A stretch of DNA of 64,000 nucleotides from Antedon mediterranea (lineage: Eukaryota; Animalia; Echinodermata). Position 1 is the stretch's first letter; every line of letters starts with the position of its first letter. Shown one piece after another: positions 1 through 11,600 of this stretch. Position numbers and translations under genes: made by a program. The stretch lies in NCBI RefSeq assembly GCF_964355755.1, contig NC_092679.1, forward strand, positions 10,647,432-10,711,431, read 5' to 3'. The notes under the pieces are model-generated. The model was not told where the DNA came from, ran no database searches, and saw only the letters and a program-made list of their open reading frames with translations.

Positions 1-1403
1 ATTTTTTACGTGTTTCGTTAGATGTAATGAAAATAAAAAATAGTTGATCTGAAGGAATCAATGATATGATATGTAAATAAACAAACACTCAAAAGAATTA
101 TGTTTACAGTTCAATTATTGTCAGAATAATAGTTTTTTTTTTCCCGGCACCTTTGTTTGCCGACGGACGCAATGATGTGCCGACGGACACGAAATCAGGG
201 GGGCCCGGGCCCCCCGCCCCCCACTGGATACGCCACTGACCGTTTAAGTTCGTCTGCCGTGTAGGTGATTCGCATTGAGCGCACCATCATAGACACGTAC
301 GTAGGCCTAGCAGGAAAATGTTTGATAACAGTGACAAATAAAACTATAAACGTCCACAAGTACAAAATTTCATGTAACAACTATACATAGAATGTAAAAG
401 AACAGCACATATAAATTCAGAATTTAACAACACGAATTTTACCAAGCGGGTCGCCACAGTGCAGCGCCACCAATCCTATATCTATATAAGTGAGAGAGTT
501 TGTCTGTCTGTTTGTCCATTATACAAATTTTTGTTACTGCACGTAACCTTACATATGGGGTATCAAAATGACTGCAATTGTACCGGGAATGTTCTACGGT
601 AAACTATATTTGAACATCATCCGCCATCTAGGATCCAAGTTAGGGGCCAAAATGTGGTAAAAATGGCCCACTTTTCGATGTTTGTTCGTTATAAAAATGT
701 ATGTTTCGGCATGTAACCATACATATGGGGTATCAAAATGATGGCAATTGTACCGGGAAGGTTTTAAACTACATTTCAAAACGGGGGAGGGGTAATTGTT
801 GGAAGAGGGGGGGGGGAGAGATAGGGTGTGAAAGTTGGGGTTCAGGGGATAGTGGGGATTTTGCTTAGGCTAGGTGTAGTAGGTTATCAAAATTGGTAGG
901 AAATTGTTTAAGTATTTTAATTATCCCTGGGAAGGGGATGAGAGTGTGGGGTGGGGATGTAGGCCTATCACCATGATTGAAACTGTACTGGGAATGTACT
1001 ACATTTGAAAACTGCCACTGAGGAATTATGGGTTGGGAGTGATGGCTAACATAATTTTTCTGGAATCGTCCAGTATCTGGGGTGTGTTAGGAGGCAGAAG
1101 GGGGAGCGGAAATACTGGCATAATGAAGTGTATGATTGGAATTGTACTAGGAAAAGTTACTAAATTTTAACTGTCAAGGGGTAGAGTTGTTAAGGTTAAT
1201 TGTGGCTGGGATGGTGAGAGGAGAAAGAAGGCTGGGGGCCCGCAGATCAAAATTAAATATTTTAATTATCAGCCAATATGACACCTATTCATTTACAAAG
1301 TTTACAACGTATTTAAACCATAGGCCTATCGTAGCTATGTATACCCCTCTCATTAGGTTATATGCATTATCATGCATATAACCTCTTGATTCTGTCAAAA
1401 TCT

Positions 1404-1442
<39 letters not shown>

Positions 1443-2585
1443 TTCTTTCCTTAGCACTATTTGTCCGTGAATTATCTTGGCATCAGTTTCATCTAACTAA
1501 GTCAATTTTTCAGAGTATATTCCTTATGGCCAGGAATCGATGTGGTTATGTTTTCACGTTGCGTAATCAAAAATTTAACGAAATCACGTTTGTAATCATA
1601 TCTTCACAAGTATGAATCACAATTAAACAAAATTTGGTACTCATAAATTTCAGGTCATATTTCATCATATGGCAATACAATTACGTGCGTAGCGCATATA
1701 ACGCTTGCGTACGCGCGCTTAAAATGTTCAAAATTGTCAAAATTTATTTTCGATGAAATTAGAGTACGTTTCAGGCAATTTTAAGCGTTTAAAAAATTGC
1801 CATGAGTGCGCAGATTTTTGCACGCGCACTGCGCGTTAAACGTTATTGCGCACTCTTTTTGCCCGATTTCTGTTTTACAATCTTTCTTTAATAATATCAT
1901 CTTATTTGATTCACGTTTCAACTCGAAATTGCGTTATACGAGCACGTCAAAAGTGACTTGCTACGCACGTATAAATTAACAAAATGGTGAAAATATGCTA
2001 AATTTTAAAATTAATATATATCGTTACAATGCAGGGGAACACCTATTTTTTATTTCATTTTCTTGAAGTGTATGTATCATATGTATGATTTATTATCAAA
2101 TTAAGAGAACAAAAGTTGATTAAGTCATCATTAATTGCATATTAAATTTAAAAAAAATAATTTTGACAATCAAACAAATTATGACATTTTCTTAGGCCAA
2201 AATAACAAACTTAACATTAACTTTCTTCCTTCAAAAGTTCATATATTAAAGTTAAAAGTATATAGTTTGACAGTGCATCATTTGTTTAAATATTAAAGAT
2301 GTCATCATAGTAAAAAATTATAATTCATTGCGGTATGTAATACTCTATTTGCACCAAAGTGGTTACTGCATAGTAAATACACGGAGGAATTTTTCTGCAA
2401 CTTTTAGTCAGTTGTGTATGGCTCGATGGTCTGTGCTCGTGTCTATGGCATTCAAGGTACCGAGATCGAGTCTCACCTTGGGAAACGAAATAAGATTTTT
2501 TTATTTATTATCCGTATTGTTTGTTCAAATTTATTTCTTAGTGTATAGATTATACACATGATTTATAATGAAATCTAGATAAAAA

Positions 2586-4117
2586 CTAGACATGTAACTC
2601 GTCACTTTGACGAGTTAGTTATCCGCACGACAAAGGCCACGTTGATGTCATACGTTAGAATATTGCACACAGAAAAAGATTATGGCAATATGACCTGAAC
2701 TGAAGAATATGATATGTTGTTATTGCTGAATTCTGTTATTTTGTGTCATATTATATATACAATATAATCTGTATACATATTACATACAGTGTAGAATAGG
2801 TGAAATGACTGGACCCGCCATTTATTCCAATTTTTAACATAGCGACGGTATCAAAATGAAACACTAAGATAGCAATTTCGGAAGGAAATTATCTTGGCAA
2901 CAACATATTAATGTGTAGAAGAAATTTAAATACGTAAAATATTGATGCGCGCTCTTTTAAATGTGATGAATTATGACGCAAAAGATGAAAATACGACTTT
3001 TTTTATTTAACTGGTCATATGATGACGTCACAACATCCGATTGGCAAAATGTTTACATAAATTCGTATCTACAATCCAATAGCTTCCAGAAAACGTTTTA
3101 ATCATAATTATCACGTTTTATTCTGACGAGCTATAACAGATTGAAATTTACTGTAAAGACGAAAATAAGTGACCCACGTTATTTACATTTTTAGACATGA
3201 TGACGTCATAAAAATTAAAATATTTTTAACTCATACGAAAGATAGTTGATTGACCTAGATAATATAAAAATCGGGGTAAAAATGGAAAACAGATAATTGG
3301 AGATGCGCTCTATTAGATGTCATGCGCTATGATGAAAGATACAAAAATCCTATATTTTATATTCGCATGGCCATACGGTGACGTCACAATGTTCGGTTAG
3401 CCATATTAATGCATGATCCAAAATCTACAACTCATCAACTTTCAGAATATGCAAAAAAAATTACTTTCACCGTTTAGTTTAGGAACTACGACTGTTTAAA
3501 AAAGGGCATAATTTTGACAAATTTTGACGATTTTTTTAACTTTTTCATCAAAAATCCACGTAAATTATCCAATTCAACGTGCCCGTATGACGTAATTTTA
3601 AGTCGAAATTGTTCAAAAGTTGGTAAAATTACTAGAAAAGGCTGGAAAAACATAAATCACGCGAAAAAAAATTGTTTTCAACGCTACGTGCGTACCGCGC
3701 GCGTAAAAATTTGAGCGCACGTGGTAATTTTTTACATGCTCTAAATGACATGAAACGCGTAGAAAGTTGATTAGATATTGATTTTTCGCATTTTGAAATT
3801 TTAAACGCGCGTGCACGCGTAACTTCGTGTGAAACATGCCAATTTTTTTTCACATTCAGTTAGCGCAAGATATCAATTAAACTTTGGTTAAGTTTCAATT
3901 TAAATTGCTATATGGTTTTCAATCTATGTTAAATAGGCGAAATTCATAAAAATGCGCGTAAGTCATGTTGCGCAACTCTGACGTCATTCAAAAATAGGAG
4001 GTGCACAACTTCACCTGAATGATCTCATGCTGACAAAGTTATAACATGTTATGTTTACACGTTTTTGAGATACGCGAGACACAAAAATAGAGGAGAAAGA
4101 AAGAAAAAAAAAAAAAA
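2586..4117 (-). mobile_element. HINE-like element, family B copy 1 (5' end missing or replaced)
   Basis: CTAG, AACTCGTCA/TGACGAGTT hairpin and GTTATCCGC at 2586-2627. Core homologous to 4220-4690 and 57560-58860; ends in an A/GA-rich tract. Confidence 0.75.
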
Positions 4118-5008
4118 CTAGACATGTAACTCGTCACTTTGACGAGTTTGGTTATCCGCCGCGCAAGTGGTGAAACATTAACATTAAGGGGATAGGTTGA
4201 CGACAAAAGGAAGTGTTCACGTTGGTATTATGACCTGAACTGAAGAATATGATATGTTGTTATTGCTGAATTTTATTATTTAAATTAATATATAGTATAC
4301 ACAGTATAATCTGTACCCATATCACATACAGTGTAGAATAGGTGAAATTACGGGACCCGCTATTTATTGCAATTTTTAACATGTTGACGGTTTTAAAATG
4401 AAACGCGAAGGTAGCAATTCCGAAAGGAAATTATCCCAGCAACAACGTATTAGCGTGTAGAAGAAATTTGAATACGTGAAATATTGATGCGCGCTCTTTT
4501 AAATGTAATGAATTATGACGCAAAAGATGAAAATACGACCTTTTTTATTTAACTGGCCATATGATGACGTCACAACATCCGATTGGCAACATTTTTACAT
4601 AATTTCGTATCTACAATCCAATAGCTTCCAGAAAAAGTTTTAATCGTGATTATCACATTTTATTCTTACGAGCTATAACAGATTAAATTGCAGATTTTGC
4701 AAAGTTTCAAGTTGAAATGTTATTTGGTTGTCGAGCTATGTTAAATACGACAAAATCGTTAAATCGCGCGTAAGTCACGTTGCGCAATTGTAAACGTCAT
4801 GAAAAGCTTCGCTTGACGACGTTACGTAAATGTCAATATGTTAAGATAGTTACCGAAATGTTATGTTTGCGAGTTTTAGAGAAAAGCGTTACACAAAAAT
4901 CATACAGAAAGAAAGAAGAAGAATAAAAAGTTGATGATGATGATGATGATGATGATTTCGTACAATCACAAGAGGTTATCCTGCAACTTCGTTGCGGATA
5001 ACCAATTA
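4118..5008 (-). mobile_element. HINE-like element, family B copy 2 (both ends present)
   Basis: 12-bp subTIR TTGGTTATCCGC (4148-4159) / GCGGATAACCAA (4994-5005), 5' hairpin, (GAT)n microsatellite, 3' hairpin plus CTAG. Confidence 0.8.
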
Positions 5009-5519
5009 ACTTTGTCTTTATTATTATGTAACAACAAATGTGGTTCATGACATTATACGCATATGGATCTTTGATCGGATTGTGATACCGGCTATGGTGT
5101 TCGCGTTCAAGGTCCTATCATATATTATAAATAATTAAAGATTCTGAGAAAATCAATCAATCAATATATCTTTTAAAAATCAATTATCTTTATTTAAATC
5201 AATGCATATAACCTATAATTCGTCATAGTGACGAATTAAATCTAGTTTGAAGTTGGATTTGTCCTGGGAAGAGTTTGTTTTAAAAAAAGAGTGTGGGGTG
5301 TGGTAAGTATAGGGACATACTGGCGTCGGGTGTTATATACTTAGAAACCTTTAAACTAATTTTGAAACCTGCCCTGGGGCGGGTATAATTGCTAGTTTGG
5401 TTATAATTGCCTATTGTTTGTGGTTCTTCAAGTAGATGCCAACTCAATTTTATCCAAAATAATGGATTTAAAATACAAATTATTTCTTCCAATGGTATAA
5501 AAATACAGTATATTCTTAC

Positions 5520-5647
5520 TTGTAAAAGGTCTATCATTCTAGTCATTTGTGAGTAGATCAAAACACGATGTCCTTGCTGTTTCAGCTTTGTTAACAACTT
5601 GTCCAAAACATGCAGTTTTCCAGAATCACATACCATTGACTCTTTAT
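5520..5647 (-). CDS. INO80: INO80 coding exon 22 ([12 protein letters not shown]...[11 protein letters not shown])
   Basis: Helicase-C motif IV region; AG/GTAAGA. Confidence 0.96.
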
Positions 5648-8600
5648 CTGAAATATAACAAGGTTTATTTTAGACAACTTAGAAGTAGAAGCAAAACAAG
5701 TTTCAAATGTATTTATTCTAAAAGATGCGCCTTTAATGTTTGGGCTGCATGTTGAAATGAACTTAAGAATATACTGTACACCCAATAGCTTACTAAATTA
5801 ACTGTCCATCCTTCTTAACAGCTTTAAACACTGGATCACATTCACACAAATGCAATAAAAACAAATCCATTATCCATAGTCAGCAATATCTTGGCTTTCC
5901 CAAAATATCATATTTGGAGAGAATATTTAGTGCTGGACCCAACATGGATCCTTGTGTTCTTGCACTCAAGAAAGAATCAATCCATGAAAGGGTGAGGCCA
6001 CTGATGCCATAGTAGCTTAGCGGATAAACATAGATGAGGAACAAGCAGGATGACATGACCATGATGATGTAAAGTAGAAGCCCAGTCGTGTATAGATGTT
6101 ATCAGTTGGGTTATAGTAGAGAGACGCTCACGAAATCCATGGTGTTAGTCTAAACTGATTTTATTTGGACTAAATAGTATGCTCGCTTAGTGTGTGCAGG
6201 GAAGAGTTAATTAATTGTAATTTAACTCTACCCTGGTCCGTGTAACATCTCTATGTCGTGCCCATAGATGGTTCTCAAATACACATAGTAATTTTTTTTT
6301 AAACTGCCAATTTCAGATTTACATACCGCAGGACTATAAACTACATGTCGTTTACAGGAACAAATAAATAAATAGACATGGTGATTCATTTTGTCTTTAA
6401 CATTTGACATTAGACAGTGTATACAACGATCGGAAAACAACCCTCTATTATTATCTAACTCAACCTACTTGGTAACCAGGGTTACATCAGGTGGTTAAAA
6501 TCAGTACTAAAAGTATGTAAATTTATATATAGATGTAGATGCTTGGTGGCTATGTGACTTTATAGCACAAGATGTTCCATGACTTGCAACAAAGGCAGGT
6601 AAACGGAAATTGGATGGTAATTTAATGGATCTGATTTAGCAACTTTTTATATATGGCTGTAACTAGGGCTATGTGGGTAAAATACCAATATCGTAAGATT
6701 GTTGAAACAAAAGGGCGAGTGTAGGTGAAAGTTCATGAGCCACAATTTTCATATAGCCCTTTTTTCAAAAGTCCTGTAACTTTAGTTCAGTTTAGTAAAT
6801 TTCAGTTAAAAGCATAACTTAGTGTAGTCGCACAAACAGAGTTATATGACATGTAGGTCAAATGTCTAATATGCCAAAAATCACAGTTCCGGTTATTTTT
6901 GGACAAATATTTCCCATTAGCACGATTATGAATATGAAAATAATTTGACACTAAAATGATTTCATTAATTTAAGCATTGCAGAGATAGGTCAAACGTCAA
7001 ATAACAATTTAGACACTTGACAACATGGGTTTATTATACCATTTTTATTTTTGGCATCTTAGAACTCACATTAGATAATATGTCCAGACCTCAGAAATTC
7101 TTGATTCATTATTTGTCTATTGTAACTTTTACAGCCAAATATATATGATAATCCAATTTATTATTGATTTTGGCCGCCATCTTGGAAAATTGGAAGCTGA
7201 TTGGGTTGCTCCCAACTGTGTTGCAGAAGTTAGTTTCAAAAGATCTTTAAACTAAATAATGTAATAATTATTAATTAGGATGGTATTTATTTGAATAAAC
7301 ACCCATCTCCTCCCCAATAATATATTACTTAGAAAATATTTTTTATAAAACCCTAACCATCTCCCATCCACATTTATACAGACAATATTGTATTATACTT
7401 ATAACACAATTAAAATAATAATAAATATAAATCGTTAAATCTGAATCATGCAAGAATTTATTTAGACTAGAAGGTATGCTTGCTTGTCTTCAAAATCAGC
7501 CTGTCTTTTTATATTCTAATTATGATGCTGTACTCGAGCTGTTCAACCGGGTTCAGCTATTAAAAACAAGTATCGTAGAAGGATGCGAGGGATGGGGAAG
7601 AGGATGGATACAAAGAGGAACAATTTTTAAATAAATTCTTTATCCACAGCTCAGTAACAAAATATTTTGTCATGTTTTATAGGCCTAAAAATAACATTTG
7701 CGATTTAATACTTTGTTAAAACTGTCACTGTCATAGTCGGTTGAAGTAGTAAAGTAGTGTAACGATACACCACTACAACGTTTATATTTTTTGTAATTAT
7801 TAATTAATACAAACGTTGAGAAGCAACTGTCAGTAATAAAGTTTATTTGTATATTGTGCATTTATATCTAACAGTGGGGCCTACCCACACTCACAGTAAT
7901 AAGTTTATTTGTACATGTGTTTATATAGCTAACAATACCCATACTCACAGTAAGAAATTTGCGATTTAAATGGCGACTAAAAATGGTTAATACGTATTTA
8001 CTGCAATACTATATCTAAAGGTATTAGATATATTCACCAAGGGCCCATAAATGTTCCTACAGAGGGACTTTTGGTAAACTAAATAATTATATTGGAATGT
8101 TCCATTTCATCGCAAATCAAATGTATATATTAAATCTATCAAAGCAGTATTTAAAAAGTTGTATTCAAGCTGTTTAACCGGTTTTCAGCTATTAAAAACA
8201 ATTATTGTAGAAAGAAATAGGTAAATGCGAAGCATCCTCATATTATTGTGTGCTGGTATTTTTCGGCATAGACATCCATTAGACAATGTATACCGCGATC
8301 GGAAAACACCCCCTATTTGGGGCAAATCATTGAATAATATATAATTATCGCTTTAATTGTCAATAACTAATTATCTAACTCAATTTCATTAGTTCATCAG
8401 GTGGTTAAAATCAGTACCGAAAGTATGAACCAACTTTATATACCATCGAGTAAACATTCTAGAAGTAACGCGAGATTTACCAAATTTTGCCCTTACATAA
8501 ATTTATATATAGATGTTATATAAAACAAATAATGAATGTTTTTATATTTTATATTCGTGGAATGGTACAAATAATTTCATTCGGTGAAATATGAAATTAC

Positions 8601-11600
8601 ATTTTCACTCAGTTGTCGTCTCATAAAAATAGAATTTCATCTTTAATCTCATGAAATTATTTGTACCATTCCATTCATAAACATTAATTATTTGTACATT
8701 ATAGTGACATAATTTTCTGAAAAAAACCTAAAATATGCACACTATACTATTTTTAAACATTAAATATACCTGGAATTTGAATGTGAGACCAACCCAGTTT
8801 AGGGTATAGTTCTTGAATGCAATTTAACAAAGGTGTACACTTGTTTGCTTCACCTGATCCATACTGTGCACAAGTTAGCACCATAGAATTTGCTCTATTA
8901 CTATCGTAGGCGGCACTGCGGTCACTACAAAACCAATCTTTCACAGGTGCCATTACCTGAAATGTAAAAAACTCAAGAAATGAACTGAAAACAATTTTAC
9001 AATCCTATAAAGGAATTATGTTTTCCTTCAAATGCATCAGCCGAGCTGAAATTTTGTTTAAAGTAAAAATTAGCAAATGTTTACTGTAAATATTTAGTTT
9101 AATCTAAAGATACATATTTATATAATAATATATTTTTTTTTTTCAAATTATTTTTTAATATGTCTTGTTTTCTAACCCATGAGGTGATGGAAAATTCAAT
9201 TGTTAGAATATCTGCTACGTCAATATTGTAACAACTCAGTGAAAATAATTTGATATAAATTTAATTATAAGATGGTTTGGAAGAGCTGCTGGTTGTGATT
9301 TTTTAAATTTCTATGTTGCACACATATTGTTGATTTTCTTCCAAGATCAAACTTTTAAATTAAATCGTAAATTTAAAAACAAATATATAACTAAATTAAC
9401 TAAATTAGATTAACTAAAGAATATAGTTGCTTCATTTAAAAAGAAACAGAGACAGGTTTTTTGTTTTGCTAGCTAACTATTAATTTTGGTTTTAATTGTT
9501 TGTGCTTGTGTTATTTTGATACAATCAAATGTGTAATGTTTTAAAATTATAAAATCAATTAAATATATCATTACGATAAAAAATGTCAAATTAAATATTC
9601 ATTTCTTAAATTATATACAGTACCTTATGGAAAACACACTGAAGAAAACAAGCTGGTGCAAATGTAGGTTCGCAGCAATAGATAATTGAAATTCGTTTGT
9701 TGGAACCAGGACTGGCAAAGTTGGAAAAGGATGTGATAGTAGGATAAGTGCATTCTCCAATTGTTTGCTATATTTAATAAAAAATACAGAAATGGAAAAT
9801 TAGAAGGATTAAAGGGAGGTTAACAAGAATTAAAAATCCAGTCACAAATACTACTGGTGATATTATAAAACACACCATATTTGCTATCAATTTAACTCAA
9901 TTAATCCTCTTATTTGAAACATTGTAATTGAAAGTTTCTTTCTGCATATCATCTTTAAAATTTTATATAAAGAAATGGCGTAATTGCTTTAATTACCTTT
10001 TTCCAGAAAAGCTAATAACACCCCTCCCATTTGAAATTTTAAAAATGTGGAACTATCCCATGTCTATTTTCACATCACATGCGATTCTTTTGGTTTAAAA
10101 AAAATAATAAATGAATCAAACAAAATTATGAACCAATAAACATAGAGTTTGAAGGTTTTACAACATCATGTGATGGGGAATTTTAATACAATTCACTCAT
10201 GTAGACCTGTGGCTAGTGTGGGACACATCATTTTATCTCCATCAGTACAATCCTTTGATGTCATCCTTCCAATTTCTAGAAATGTTTTGCAGGTGCCCGG
10301 TTCACAAGAGAAAAATGAATGAATGAAAAGGAGAGCATCAAGAATTGGTCAAACATTAATTTTGCAGATTTCGCGATCATTTTTTAAAGACATCGTTTCA
10401 TACTTTTTTAAAACAATTCTTTTCAATATAAGTTTTAGGACAATCCTGTCATAAAGGAAGGCCCTGCTGAATTCAAAGTTTTTTTCCTCAGTATAAAACC
10501 ACTCATTATATGAAAAAATATAATGCTAATGTGCACCCTAATTTTATTTACTTCTTTTTTTTATTTTTTATTCTGAGGTTTTACAATATGGCACTGATAA
10601 AGTACCTTTCTTGGACAACCTGGTGATGACCTTTTTGCTTGATGGGTGATTCTTGTTGGTGATCTGTGTGCCTTGCCAAGTCTTAACTTCAGGTGCCATG
10701 CACTTTCTGGCATATAGTGATATACATGATTTGTGTGAACATATATAGTTGAAACATTACTGGTAAAAATCAGATCTTGAAAAACAATGCTAAAAGCTCG
10801 ATTTGGAGAACTAGTTGTCCATGAGGGCCACAATAGTAAACTGTTGATTGGAATGGTTTTTGTGCTACATACAGAGAAATAAAAGAAAAGAAATGATAAA
10901 GAAACCTTCACTTTTAAGTTTTAAAATTACATATAAGCAATCTCTGATCCAGGCATGTGATGAATAAGGTGTTATGATTATTTTTAATAATGTTAATTTA
11001 TTGTTATTTTATGTTTTATATATTATATTTTAATCACAATTATTACTGATATTTGTTATTCTCTAATTATTACTAGGCATTTTGTATAACAAATACCAAT
11101 ATTTCATGTGCTGTTTTTTGTCATGTACCGTAACCTGCAGTCTTGTTAGGGGGTTAAGCTTAAAGTATCATACTTATTTGACCTCCTTTCACACTTCTTT
11201 GTTTTGTTTTTTTAAAGTACAAGTATCTCTATATATTTTGTTTAAATTAGTTTGATTACCTTAATGTTTATTACTATGATACCTGTTATCATTGTTTCAC
11301 ATAACTTGTATTATTTTTGAAGTGTGAAAAATTGAATAAAAGAAAGAAGAAGAAGAAGAAACATGAATAAATGGGTCAAGGTTTGAATTTCATAATTCTA
11401 GTAATTTTTTCAATATCTGACTATGTGAATGTGTAAGGGTTTACCAGAAGTCAAAGAAAATGCGAGTCTGCCGGGTACCCCCTGCTGCGTATATAGACCC
11501 AGGGGACCTTTAAAAATGGTACCAGATATAGAGGAATATGTGCTGCATAGGCAGGATCATGAATAAAAATAAAACCGACAAAGTTCTTGTTTCTGCCTCA

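Larger units (their letters stand above)
1352..5245 (+). mobile_element. Helentron/HINE-like element, family A
   Basis: Perfect 15-bp subTIR TAGGTTATATGCATT (1354-1368) / AATGCATATAACCTA (5201-5215), 5' hairpin, (ATTT)n microsatellite, 3' stem-loop AATTCGTCA-TAG-TGACGAATT then CTAG-TTT. Confidence 0.8.
474..5395 (+). mobile_element. Non-autonomous Helitron interrupted by nested HINE-like elements
   Basis: A|TC start (TCCTATATCTATATAAG followed by GTCT/GTTT repeats), internal repeated ACATATGGGGTATCAAAATG..AATTGTACCGGGAA units, and a 3' GC hairpin (ACCTGCCC/GGGCGGGT, 5367-5384) followed by CTAG|T at 5392-5396. A related degenerate copy lies near 25922-26245. Confidence 0.65.

Noticed and set aside
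196-238. GC-rich end TGGATACGCCACTG of a MITE
   Set aside because: The partner end lies outside the window, so it cannot be classified.
6230-8514. Two related segments (~6410-6535, ~8278-8514) ending in TATATAGAT, possibly Helitron 5' ends
   Set aside because: The homology is real, but matching 3' termini could not be defined confidently.
10195-10290. Possible extra INO80 exon between exons 19 and 20
   Set aside because: No convincing donor or INO80 similarity, and it is not needed for frame continuity.
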